Origin: an uncultured Gammaproteobacteria bacterium
GTDB lineage: Bacteria; Pseudomonadota; Gammaproteobacteria; UBA9214
NCBI GenBank assembly: GCA_963748215.1
Contig: CAVVHS010000003.1
Coordinates: 157,884-221,883, forward strand
Direction: 5' to 3'
Length of the DNA: 64,000 nucleotides
Position 1 is the first letter of the stretch, and each line of letters opens with the position of its first letter. Below the pieces are notes generated by a model. The model was not told where the DNA came from and did not search any database. It saw only the letters and a list, made by a program, of their open reading frames with translations. The position numbers were made by a program, and so were the translations under genes. Positions 10,368 to 19,552 of the stretch are shown one piece after another.

Positions 10368-10432
10368 ATCGATTGTCGACAATAGCGGGGAGCCCAACTC
10401 GCCGGTCGCGGCGGAAAGGAACGTTGCGTACT

Positions 10433-11740
10433 TTACAACAATCCGGAGAACAATGATGCCAGACCGAGGAAGCTGAAGAAGCCGACCACGTCGGTCACCG
10501 TTGTGAGGATGATGGAGGCCGACTGGGCCGGGTCCTGGCCCAGGCGCGTCAGCAGCAGCGGGATTGCGGCGCCGGACAGACCCGCCAGTGCCATGGATAT
10601 CACCATGGCCACGCCGATCACTGCGGCGAGACCGGCCGAGCGGCTCCACAACAGGACACCGAGCGACGTAACCAGCGCGATGGCCATGCCATTCAATATG
10701 CCGGCCAGCACTTCCTTCAGCAGTACGCGTTGCCAGTGACGTACCCGGATCTCCCGCACCGCCAGTCCGCGCATAATGACGGCCAGGGCCTGTGCGCCCG
10801 TATTGCCGGACTGCCCGGCAACGACCGGCAACAACACGGCCAGCGCCGTGAATTGCGCAATGGTGTCCTCGAAAATTCCGACCACCGAGGCGGCCAGAAA
10901 GGCGGTCAGCAGGTTGATATTGAGCCAGGGCAGGCGCTTGCGCATCGCGAGCAGGGGGGAGGACAGCGCCCGCTCATCGCGGCTCACGCCGACCATGGCC
11001 TGCAGGTCCGCTGCCGCCTCTTCCTGTGCGGCCTTGATCACGGTGGACTGGCGGATGATGCCGAGCAGGCGGTTCTCGATGTCGACGACCGGCAGCAGCC
11101 TGAGCCGGTAGCGCGAGAACAGGTCAATGATTTCTTCCCGGGGTGTCAGCGCATTTACGCGCACCGGGGTGGTGATTTGCACGAGGGTCTCGAGCCGGGC
11201 GCCGGGGTCTGCGTGGACGACGTCCGCCAGGTCTACCAGGCCGAGCAATCTGCCGCTGTCATCCGTCACCACCAGGACGGCCGTGTCGCGCGCCGGCAGT
11301 CGGCGCAAGCGGTGCAATGCCTGCTTGACGGTCAGACGTGCGGGAATGCTCGGCGGGCGGGGCTGCATCAGGCGTCCCGCGCTGGCCTGCGGATAGGACA
11401 TGAGATCGCGGAGTTCCCTGGCCAGCCCTGCATCCAGCCTGTCCAGTTGCAGCTCCCTGCTTTCCGGGTCCAGGCTGCCGAGCAGCAACGCCGCGCCAAC
11501 CGGGTCCATGACGGTCAGGTTTCGCCTGGCTTGATCCGGCTGCAGTTTTTTCAATACCGACGTGGCGAGTGCCGTCGATATGCGCCCCAGGATCTGTGCC
11601 CCCCGGTCCGGTGGCAGGGAGTGCAACAGCTGGACGATTTCGTCGGCGGGCGCCGTTTCCAGCGCCTCGGTCGCCTCCTGGGGGAATTTCTCGATGAAGG
11701 CATCCGTCAGGGCATGCGAGATGGTCCGCAGCTCAGTCAC
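10433..11740 (-). CDS. mgtE: Magnesium transporter MgtE
   Basis: N-domain + CBS pair + TM region with RLPWL, GQSGNTGAQ, DPAQSASIILTTVTD. Confidence 0.95.
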   Translation of the reverse strand: MTELRTISHALTDAFIEKFPQEATEALETAPADEIVQLLHSLPPDRGAQILGRISTALATSVLKKLQPDQARRNLTVMDPVGAALLLGSLDPESRELQLDRLDAGLARELRDLMSYPQASAGRLMQPRPPSIPARLTVKQALHRLRRLPARDTAVLVVTDDSGRLLGLVDLADVVHADPGARLETLVQITTPVRVNALTPREEIIDLFSRYRLRLLPVVDIENRLLGIIRQSTVIKAAQEEAAADLQAMVGVSRDERALSSPLLAMRKRLPWLNINLLTAFLAASVVGIFEDTIAQFTALAVLLPVVAGQSGNTGAQALAVIMRGLAVREIRVRHWQRVLLKEVLAGILNGMAIALVTSLGVLLWSRSAGLAAVIGVAMVISMALAGLSGAAIPLLLTRLGQDPAQSASIILTTVTDVVGFFSFLGLASLFSGLL

Positions 11741-12578
11741 GGGGATCCCGCTCCGCCAGTGATCTGCCGGTGTTGATCAGGGCGGACAGCAACTGGACTG
11801 CCGTGACGGAGAACAATTCCCCCACGGCCATGACTGTACCCAGGCCGTTGCTGATGGCGCCCGTCTGTCGCAGCTGTTCCTCGAGGCGCCGCAGGCTCTT
11901 CTGCCGGATCACGCCGAGCAGGATGTTGTTTCCATCCGTAACCGGCATGGCGTGATATTCCTGCCAGTAGGGACTGTCAAGCACGGCCTGTATCGACAGC
12001 GTGGGGGGAAGGCTGGTGACATGCCTGTCCATCACCTGGCTGATCGTGCTGTTCGGCAGTGAATTGAGCAACTCGTGCAGGGTCACCACACCCGCCAGCT
12101 GTCCCCTGGTATTGGTGGCATAGAGATAGAATTTCATGCCGCGCCGGATGCGCTTGATGCGTTTCAGGGCATGTCGAACCGATAGATCCTCAGGCACGCT
12201 GGCCAGCGGTGCTTCCATCAGGGCGCCGGCCGTGCCGTCAGGCCAGGGCAGCAGACGCTGTATGGATGCGGCGATGTCCGGTCGCATTTCGCCCAGCAGG
12301 GACTCGCGCTTGTCGTGATCGAGCTGGCGCAACAGCGTGATCTGGGAATCCGGCAGGAGCCCGCCGAGGATGCGGCCGGCGGGTGCGGGTTCCAGGGCGG
12401 CAAGGCAGCTTGCCGCGTAACCCGGCGTGAAATGACTGACGACCTGGCCGGCGGTTTCCAGGCTGGCGGCTGTCAGGTAGCGTGCCACTGTTTCGGCGGG
12501 ATAATTCTCGAGTACGCGCGCTGCAGCCGCGGGCTGGTTTTTCAGTATGGCCGAACTCAGGCGGGAATAGGGATTCAT
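11733..12578 (-). CDS. Stand-alone MgtE intracellular N-domain/CBS protein
   Basis: Helical N-domain, PDGTAGALM, CBS pair; lacks the full TM domain; overlaps both neighbours. Confidence 0.85.
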   Translation of the reverse strand: MNPYSRLSSAILKNQPAAAARVLENYPAETVARYLTAASLETAGQVVSHFTPGYAASCLAALEPAPAGRILGGLLPDSQITLLRQLDHDKRESLLGEMRPDIAASIQRLLPWPDGTAGALMEAPLASVPEDLSVRHALKRIKRIRRGMKFYLYATNTRGQLAGVVTLHELLNSLPNSTISQVMDRHVTSLPPTLSIQAVLDSPYWQEYHAMPVTDGNNILLGVIRQKSLRRLEEQLRQTGAISNGLGTVMAVGELFSVTAVQLLSALINTGRSLAERDPRD

Positions 12579-13432
12579 GCGCCGCTGCTACCGGAAATAT
12601 TGACCGACTCCTGTTCGCTGAAGCGCTTGGCCGGGATCAGTGCCTGCCCGTCCCGGGTCTCGAGGATGAGGCTCGTGCGGGTGATGCGCAGGATTTTCCC
12701 CTCGATATCACCGATGCGAATCGTATCGCCTGCCTGGTATGCCTGTGCAATGGACTGCGCACCCAGCATGTTGGCGATGGTGGTCTTCGCGCCAAAGGCG
12801 AAGGCAAGTGCAATCGCGCCGAGTGTCACGCCGAACAGCGTCGCGACCAGTGCCACCAGCACGGTGTTGTCGATACCGATCTGTCCGGCGGCGACAGAGA
12901 AAACGACCAGCAGGACCAGTACCTGGCCCAGGCGGCCGAGGATTTCACCCTGTTCGACGCCTATCCTGATGCTGGTGCGGGTGAGGACGGCCCGTGTTGC
13001 CTCGCCAAACCACAAGCCGATGAAGAGAATCAGCAGTCCCGCCAGCAGGCGCGGCAGGTAGGCGGTGACGCCGCCGAGCAGCCCCGAGATCACCTTCAGT
13101 TCGAGCACCTCGGCCGCCGCAAGGATGAAGAAGAGCATGGTCACCCAGAACACGATGCGACTGGCGATGCGTGGCGCCGCGCTGTAGGACTGCGGCTGCT
13201 TGATACGCGTATCCATCGGCCGAGTGTGTGCAAGCCGCACCAGGGTCTTCTCGGTGATCTTTTCCGTTGTATACCGCAGCAGGCGCGCCACACCCCAGCC
13301 GACCAGCAGCAGCACCACGGCCCCGAGAATCGATGGCAGGTATTCGAGGATCTGGAAGGCCACCCGTCTGACGGACTCGGCCAGTGTGGCCGTCCACTCC
13401 TGAAGTTCGACGATCGTATTCTGGTTTTCCAT
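12575..13432 (-). CDS. Small-conductance mechanosensitive channel family protein (CmpX-like TM repeats)
   Basis: YLPSILGAVVLLLVGW and YLPRLLAGLLIL repeats, ALAFAFG, GDTIRIGDIEG. Confidence 0.88.
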   Translation of the reverse strand: MENQNTIVELQEWTATLAESVRRVAFQILEYLPSILGAVVLLLVGWGVARLLRYTTEKITEKTLVRLAHTRPMDTRIKQPQSYSAAPRIASRIVFWVTMLFFILAAAEVLELKVISGLLGGVTAYLPRLLAGLLILFIGLWFGEATRAVLTRTSIRIGVEQGEILGRLGQVLVLLVVFSVAAGQIGIDNTVLVALVATLFGVTLGAIALAFAFGAKTTIANMLGAQSIAQAYQAGDTIRIGDIEGKILRITRTSLILETRDGQALIPAKRFSEQESVNISGSSGA

Positions 13433-13695
13433 GGGCGGCAATCATAGGGCGCAAGTCATCACGCCCGCAACAACTGTTACAAGCCATCGTTCCTTGTCGG
13501 GTCGCGTCGTTTTGTTACGGAATTGTGACAGCGAGGCACGCCTGGCAGAGGCCCCTTGATCACCTTGCGTGGTCGTAGCGGTGGCGGCCCGCTGTGGCGA
13601 TTTGATCGGCGGACAGTTTCCCCGGGCGGATTTCCCGCATGCCCCGGCCGTCACGAAATTCGCCTGTCCGGAGAGCCGGGAGCGCCAGTCGTGTA

Positions 13696-13732
13696 ATTAA
13701 CACAGGCTATGGGAAGCATAGCTGTTATTCAT
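13696..13732 (+). promoter_or_regulatory. OxyR-like binding site upstream of peroxiredoxin
   Basis: ATTA-N7-CTAT-N7-ATAG-N7-TCAT versus the consensus ATAG-N7-CTAT-N7-ATAG-N7-CTAT. Confidence 0.55.
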
Positions 13733-13811
13733 TGGATCTATGGAAGGGCGACCTCCCCAGACTGTACTGATCAGCAATCAAACCCTACCATCATCCGACG
13801 AGGAAATGACC

Positions 13812-14468
13812 ATGGAAACTGTGAATACCGAACAACACGCGGCGACCCTGCCGCAACTGAACCGCCCGGCACCGGACTTCGAGGCCGTCACTACCTTGGG
13901 GTGAAGAAGCTTGCGGATTACCGTGGCAAGTGGCTGGTGCTGTTCTCGCATCCTGCGGATTTCACCCCGGTGTGTACCACCGAGTTCATCGCCTTCGCCA
14001 GGCGCCACGCGGAATTCCAGGCCCTGAACACCGAGTTGCTGGGCCTATCGATCGACAGCCACTATGCGCACCTCGCCTGGGTGCGCAACATCAAGGAGAA
14101 GTTTGGCGTCGACATTCCGTTCCCGATCATCGCCGATCTGTCCATGTCGGTCGCCAACAGCTACGGCATGGTGCAGCCGGGTACCAGCGATACCTCGGCG
14201 GTGCGCGCGACCTTCGTCATCGATGACAAGGGCGTGTTGCGGGCGATGGTGTACTACCCGATGACCAACGGCCGTTCGATCGATGAATTCCTGCGCCTGG
14301 TTACCGCTCTGCAAACGTCGGATGCCAACAAGGTGGCGACACCGGAAGGCTGGCAGCCGGGTGACAAGGTGATCGTGCCGCCGCCGGCAACCGCGGAGGC
14401 GGCCGAGGCGCGCATCAACGAGGGATTACGAATGCGTCGACTGGTACTTCTGCAAGAAGGCGCTGTGA
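13812..14468 (+). pseudogene. Peroxiredoxin (Prx6-like) with two frameshifts (~13897 and ~14425)
   Basis: METV..LPQLNRPAPDFEAVTT, then shifted GVKKLADYRGKW..FSHPADFTPVCTTEF, then shifted YECVDWYFCKKAL*; probably intact in vivo. Confidence 0.85.
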
Positions 14469-14506
14469 TGCGCGTGTGTGAGCGTTGCTCTGCTGTTTGA
14501 AGTGTG

Positions 14507-14537
14507 TTGTCTGCCCCGTATTGGGGCAGACAATTTT
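14507..14537 (+). terminator. Rho-independent terminator after peroxiredoxin
   Basis: TTGTCTGCCCC-gtatt-GGGGCAGACAA followed by TTTT. Confidence 0.75.
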
Positions 14538-14629
14538 ATTGTGATGTATGCATGCATAAAGTTTGCGATTCATCATATTTTAATGAATTTACTTATATGC
14601 TATAAAACCTCCGTACATGGAGGTGTGAA

Positions 14630-14770
14630 ATGTATTTTGACAACCTGACTATTACGGCACTGGTGATCTTCATTTTCGAGTTCGGACTCGTCGTACGTTT
14701 TTGTGTGTTCGGTTCGTGCGGTGGACCGCTGCGTGATGAAGAACCCGGTGTGACTGACAAACCTTGCTGA
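14630..14770 (+). CDS. 46-aa single-TM peptide with CxxxxCG (not in ORF track)
   Basis: GGAGGTG RBS; MYFDNLTITALVIFIFEFGLVVRFCVFGSCGGPLRDEEPGVTDKPC; paralogue at 15046. Confidence 0.75.
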   Translation: MYFDNLTITALVIFIFEFGLVVRFCVFGSCGGPLRDEEPGVTDKPC

Positions 14771-14975
14771 CCCGCTCCTGATTGCCGTTCGGGCGGGTGC
14801 CCGGTACACAGGGCGGTTCGCTTCCGGCTTGCGCGGCTGGCGGCGTTTACTCGTGGCTGATCTTGTCCCGTATTGGGCGGTCAGCGTCTCCGAACGGCTA
14901 AAAATCCCACCCAGCTAAAAAACATCGATAAATCACGCGCCTTGTTGCGTGCAACTGTGCCGGCCCCTGTTGATA

Positions 14976-15003
14976 TTGACAAAATATAATTAAATACTAA
15001 TAT
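14976..15003 (+). promoter_or_regulatory. sigma70-type promoter overlapped by an operator-like palindrome
   Basis: TTGACA-N16-TAATAT; ATATAATTAAATACTAATAT at 14984-15003. Confidence 0.6.
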
Positions 15004-15045
15004 AACTGTTAGCTGTAGTTCCTGGCGGGTCTGAGGAGGTGTTAT

Positions 15046-15207
15046 ATGCACATCGATAGCTTGACGGTTACTGCACTGGTTGTGTTCATCATCATGCTGG
15101 CAGTCTTCGTGCGCTTTTGCATGGTGAAGGTCTGTGGCCTGGCTGCCACGCGCATGCACGGTACGCAGGACACACAGGACCGGGCGCAGGGAGGTGACAA
15201 GTCATGA
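15046..15207 (+). CDS. 53-aa single-TM peptide with CxxxxCG (not in ORF track)
   Basis: GAGGAGGTG RBS; MHIDSLTVTALVVFIIMLAVFVRFCMVKVCG...; ATGA overlap with the rhodanese gene. Confidence 0.78.
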   Translation: MHIDSLTVTALVVFIIMLAVFVRFCMVKVCGLAATRMHGTQDTQDRAQGGDKS

Positions 15208-15527
15208 ACCTCGCACTGCATACCCTGGGCCTGGCCGGCAGCGAAACGCTGAACGGCGGGTCTGCCGCAATCCTGCTGGCAGGTGGCTGCCAGCTGGTTG
15301 ACGTCCGCTCACCGGACGATTTCATCCGCGACGCGCTGCCCGGTGCGCTTAACCTTCCGGTCGAAGCGCTGTCCTACGATTTCAGGCACCTCGACAAGCA
15401 CGAGCCGGTGATTGTCTACGGCGCGCACCCGGTTGCCTGTGTGCGGGCCGCGCGTCTGCTGGCCGGGCAGGGCTTTTCACGTATCTACCATCTCGCCTTC
15501 ACGGATGCAGCGGGCACCGGCGTGTGA
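15204..15527 (+). CDS. Rhodanese-like single-domain protein lacking the canonical active-site Cys
   Basis: LVDVRSPDDF..LPGALNLP..VIVYG(not C)..LAGQGFSRIYHL. Confidence 0.82.
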   Translation: MNLALHTLGLAGSETLNGGSAAILLAGGCQLVDVRSPDDFIRDALPGALNLPVEALSYDFRHLDKHEPVIVYGAHPVACVRAARLLAGQGFSRIYHLAFTDAAGTGV

Positions 15528-15724
15528 GTATTGAACAGTTCGAGTCGATTTCGCTGAACCTCGGGGTTGGCGGTCTGGTGTTGTACATGCTGTTTGTCAT
15601 GTACCGCCTGGCAAAGGAATCCGGTGCCGGGCGCTTCGGTACCCTGGTGATTTTCCTGTCGCTGGGGTTGGGCATCGTCGGCTTCGCCACCAAGTCGGTC
15701 ATCCAGCTGATGCTCCACGTATAG
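15524..15724 (+). CDS. DUF2788-like small membrane protein
   Basis: EQFESISL..LAKESGAGRFGT motif. Confidence 0.85.
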   Translation: MSIEQFESISLNLGVGGLVLYMLFVMYRLAKESGAGRFGTLVIFLSLGLGIVGFATKSVIQLMLHV

Positions 15725-15894
15725 GGTGCGTTCTACGCACCTGGAATTCCAGGTGTAGGGTGCGTTTTACGCACCGGATAGGGCGCACGAGGCAATGGTG
15801 CACGGAGTGCACCCTACAGATCCTGCGCTCTGACAGAAATCCAGATGTAGGGTGCGTTTTACGCACCGTAAATGGTGCACGAAGTGCATCCTAC
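15722..15894. repeat. Cluster of GTAG-type REP sequences / REPIN-like doublets
   Basis: GTAGGGTGCGTTTTACGCACC at 15755 and 15847 paired with inverted GGTGCACGxAGTGCAyCCTAC at 15797 and 15874; a further copy at 15722. Confidence 0.85.
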
Positions 15895-15908
15895 AGATCC
15901 CGCGTGCG

Positions 15909-16094
15909 TTATTTTTTCTCTCCCGTCTCGTCTTCGCCGGGTTCTTCCTGCGGCGAATCGTCGTCCATGAGTATCTGGTGGGCCGGCCCCTCCAGGTCAT
16001 CGAACTGACCCGAACGGATGGCCCAGATGAACACCCAGATAATCACGCCGACCAGGATGATCGACAGGGGAATCAGCAGGTATATGATTTCCAT
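15909..16094 (-). CDS. ccoS: cbb3 oxidase maturation protein CcoS
   Basis: IYLLIPLS..WAIRSGQFDDLEGPAHQILMDDD. Confidence 0.95.
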   Translation of the reverse strand: MEIIYLLIPLSIILVGVIIWVFIWAIRSGQFDDLEGPAHQILMDDDSPQEEPGEDETGEKK

Positions 16095-16097
16095 GGG

Positions 16098-18599
16098 TTA
16101 TCTTCCGCGTGTCAGGCGCAGGGCGTTCAATACCACGAGCAGCGAGCTTGATGACATGCCGATGGCGGCCATCCACGGCGCAACGTAGCCCAGTGCCGCG
16201 GCCGGCAGCGCGATCAGGTTGTACGCGATCGCCCAGCCGAGGTTCTGCCGGATGACACGCAGCGTGTGCCGGGCCAGCCGCATACCGTTCGACAGGCCTT
16301 CCAGCCGGTTCGAGAGCAGGATCATGTCGGCACTGGCCTGACTGATTTGCGCGGCCGCCTGCATGGCAATCGAGACATCCGCTGCGCCCAGTACCGGCGC
16401 GTCATTGATGCCGTCGCCGACCATCACCACGACGGCCCCCTGCTGCTGCAGGCGCTGCACCTCGCGCAGCTTGTCCGCCGGTTTCATGTCGGCGAGGACC
16501 GTATCGATGCCCAGCCCATCGGCGACGGCGTGCGCGGCGGCCGGGTTGTCGCCGCTCATCAGGATCACCTGTTTGCCGCTGTGCTGCAAGGCGCGGATCG
16601 CTGCCTGTGCATCGGGCCGGATTTCGTCGCGCAGTGACAGGCGTGCATGTACCCGCTGCGTATCCGCCAGCAGGATGTGCGTGGCGCCGTCCGCAGCCGG
16701 CAAGGCGAAGTCCTTGCCGGCCGTGCTGTGTTCCCGCACGAAGGCGGCGTTGCCGATGAACCAGGTGCCGTCGTGCAGCCGGCCGCTGATGCCGGCGCCG
16801 GGATAGTTGGTGATATCGCGCGCCGTGAGCGGATTGCCGTCGACGCGGTCGCAGATGGCCCTGGCCGCGGCGTGTTCGGAATGCGCCTCCAGCGCGGCGG
16901 CTATCCACAGCAGTTGCTGTTCGTCGAGGTCGGAATCGCGCTCGATAGCGACGATTGCCGGGGTGCCGACGGTCAGCGTGCCGGTCTTGTCGAAGACGAC
17001 ATGGGTCGCGCGCGCCAGGGTTTCGAGGCGGGCGCTGCCGGTGGTCAGCAGGCCCTGGGCGAGCAGCGTGCCGGTGGCGGCGCTGATGGCGGTGGGCGTG
17101 GCCAGCGACAGCGCACACGGGCAGGTAACCACCAGCACCGATACCAGTATCGGCAGCCAGTGGTCCGGTGCCTGCTGCCACCAGTACAGTCCGACCGCGC
17201 CCGCCAGCAGCAGGACGCCCACCACGAACCAGGCGGCCGCGCGGTCGGCGAGCCGGGTGATGGCCGGCTTTTCCTGCTGGGCGCGTTCCAGCAGGCGCGT
17301 GATCTCGGCCAGCACGGTATCCAGCCCGGTCTTGTCCACGCGCATGACCAGCGGGCTGTCCATGTTGATGCTGCCGCCGACCAGGCGGGCGCCGGGTGCC
17401 TTGGCGAGCGGCGTGCTTTCGCCGCTCAACAGGGCCTCGCTGACGCCGGAGTTGCCCGACTCGACCGTACCGTCGGCCGGGACCGCCGCGCCCGGCCTGA
17501 TCAGTACCCGGTCGCCCGGCTGCAGTTCGCTGGCCGGGATGATGTCCTGCGTGTCCCTGCCGTCGACCCCGGTCAGGCGGGTCGCCATGGCGGGCAGGGC
17601 GTGGGCCAGGTTCTCGGCGATTTCCGCTCCGCGCTTGCGCGCCATGAGTTCGAAGTAGCGGCTCACCAGCAGGAAAAAGATGAACATGACCACTGAGTCG
17701 TAGTACACCTCGCCGCGACCGGTGAGCGTGGCATGCACGCTGCCTCCGAAGGCGACCAGGATGCCGAGCGCCACCGGTACGTCCATGCCGACGCTGCGGT
17801 TGCGCAGGTCGCGCCACGCACCGCGCAGGAACGGGGCGCCCGCGTACAGCAGCACCGGCGTGGTCAGCAGCAGCCCGATCCAGCGGAAAAAGCGCCGGAA
17901 TTCGTCCTCCATCCCGGACCAGTCGCCAATGTAGAGCGTGATCGACAGCATCATGACCTGCATGCCCAGCACGCCGGCGATGCCGATACGCTTGAGCTGC
18001 GTGCGGCGCTCGCGCTCGCGCGCCAGTTGCTGCCGGGCGGGATCGTAGGGATGCGCGGTGTAGCCGATGTTGTGGATCGCCTGCAGGATGTCGCTCAGCT
18101 TGATCCTGGAGTCATCCCAGCGGACGCGCGCACGGTGTGTCGCGTAGTTGATCTGCACTTCCAGCACGCCCGGCAGGCGGCTCACGTGGCGCTCGTTCAG
18201 CCATATGCAGGCCGCGCATACGATACCTTCGAGAATCAGCGCGGCCTCGTGTTCGTGTGCGCCGGTGCTGCGTACGAAGGTCTTCTGGATCTCGGGATGG
18301 TCATAGACCTGTGTCTGCTGGATAAATTCCGGCACCAGCGCCGTGCCGGTGTTGGAAACCCGGGTGCGGTGGCGATAGAAGTCGGTATGGCCGGCATCGA
18401 TGATGGCCTGTGCGACGGCCTGGCAACCAGGGCAGCACATGGGTTCATCGCGGCCGTTGATACTGACCCTCAGGTCGAGACCGGGCGGCACCGGCAGACC
18501 GCAATGAAAGCAATCGGCCGCCTCTGCCTCGGTGGCGGCTTGCGGGAGTCCGGCGGTTGCCGGTGTTGGCGGGGACACTGTGGTTACCGTGGTAATCAT
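16098..18599 (-). CDS. ccoI: Cu-transporting P1B-type ATPase CcoI/FixI
   Basis: CFHCG, CCPGC, CAAC, CPCALSLATP, DKTGT, GDGIND; adjacent to ccoS. Confidence 0.93.
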   Translation of the reverse strand: MITTVTTVSPPTPATAGLPQAATEAEAADCFHCGLPVPPGLDLRVSINGRDEPMCCPGCQAVAQAIIDAGHTDFYRHRTRVSNTGTALVPEFIQQTQVYDHPEIQKTFVRSTGAHEHEAALILEGIVCAACIWLNERHVSRLPGVLEVQINYATHRARVRWDDSRIKLSDILQAIHNIGYTAHPYDPARQQLARERERRTQLKRIGIAGVLGMQVMMLSITLYIGDWSGMEDEFRRFFRWIGLLLTTPVLLYAGAPFLRGAWRDLRNRSVGMDVPVALGILVAFGGSVHATLTGRGEVYYDSVVMFIFFLLVSRYFELMARKRGAEIAENLAHALPAMATRLTGVDGRDTQDIIPASELQPGDRVLIRPGAAVPADGTVESGNSGVSEALLSGESTPLAKAPGARLVGGSINMDSPLVMRVDKTGLDTVLAEITRLLERAQQEKPAITRLADRAAAWFVVGVLLLAGAVGLYWWQQAPDHWLPILVSVLVVTCPCALSLATPTAISAATGTLLAQGLLTTGSARLETLARATHVVFDKTGTLTVGTPAIVAIERDSDLDEQQLLWIAAALEAHSEHAAARAICDRVDGNPLTARDITNYPGAGISGRLHDGTWFIGNAAFVREHSTAGKDFALPAADGATHILLADTQRVHARLSLRDEIRPDAQAAIRALQHSGKQVILMSGDNPAAAHAVADGLGIDTVLADMKPADKLREVQRLQQQGAVVVMVGDGINDAPVLGAADVSIAMQAAAQISQASADMILLSNRLEGLSNGMRLARHTLRVIRQNLGWAIAYNLIALPAAALGYVAPWMAAIGMSSSSLLVVLNALRLTRGR

Positions 18600-18690
18600 C
18601 TGTTTTTCAAGGCGCTGCAGGCGCGCTGGCTGACCATAGCGTACCGTCAAATAGCATGCAGAGGAACTGTATTATAATTTTCTAATGTAC

Positions 18691-18704
18691 TTGATGCAGG
18701 TCAA
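18691..18704. promoter_or_regulatory. FNR/Anr-like box between ccoI and ompW
   Basis: TTGATGCAGGTCAA, one mismatch from TTGAT-N4-ATCAA. Confidence 0.75.
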
Positions 18705-18812
18705 TTAACATCCGCTCCCGCCTGTCAATAATACCCACCACATTACAGTTTTATTACCTGCGCCCGGTGCATGGCGTGGCGTGTGACAAATCCACTGAAC
18801 AGGAGAATGATC

Positions 18813-19451
18813 ATGAAACTACGTATTGCAACCACGCTGCTGGCTACGCTCATCGCCACGTCCGCCCAGGCCTGGCAGGCCGGTGATATCCTGCTGCGCG
18901 CCGGTGCGGCCGGCGTGTACCCGACCGGTGATGGCACGGTTGTGTCGCCGAATGGCAATGTCGAGGCCGATGATGCCTGGAGCCTGGGCCTCACCGGGAC
19001 CTGGATGGCCACCAATAATATCGGCATCGGCTTGCTCGTTGCCTGGCCTTTCGATCATGACATCGAAGGTAGCGGGAGTCTTGCCGCTGTCGGCAAGGTG
19101 GGTGACACCAAGCACCTGCCGCCGACGGTGACCGTGCAGTACCACTTCGACACCGGATCCAAGCTGCATCCCTACGTCGGCGCCGGTATCAACTACACCT
19201 ATTTCTTCGATGAAGGCACGACGGGCGCCCTGGCGGGTGACTCACTCAATCTGGACAGTTCCTGGGGCCTGGCCGGAGAGCTCGGTGTCGACTATGAGCT
19301 GCAGAATGACTGGACGGTTGGTGCCCAGGTGTTCTATATCGACATCGATACCGATGCCACCATCAGCGGTACCAATAGCGGTTTGGCAGGAAAATACAGC
19401 GTCTCGATCGACCCATGGGTTTACATGTTCAGCGTCGGTAAGAAGTTCTGA
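18813..19451 (+). CDS. ompW: Outer membrane protein OmpW
   Basis: AGDILLRAG, HLPPT, PYVGAGINYTYFFDE, IDPWVY, terminal F. Confidence 0.95.
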   Translation: MKLRIATTLLATLIATSAQAWQAGDILLRAGAAGVYPTGDGTVVSPNGNVEADDAWSLGLTGTWMATNNIGIGLLVAWPFDHDIEGSGSLAAVGKVGDTKHLPPTVTVQYHFDTGSKLHPYVGAGINYTYFFDEGTTGALAGDSLNLDSSWGLAGELGVDYELQNDWTVGAQVFYIDIDTDATISGTNSGLAGKYSVSIDPWVYMFSVGKKF

Positions 19452-19552
19452 TACCGGCTGGTTGATCCAGTCTGTGGTCTGAAGGATACTGGCGTCCCGA
19501 TTGTGCGCGGCGAAAGCCGCGCACAATCAACAAAATACGGGGAGACTGACCA

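Noticed and set aside
13895-13910. Selenocysteine or programmed recoding at the peroxiredoxin TGA
   Set aside because: The TGA is not at a Cys position, homology continues in another frame, and a second indel is also needed
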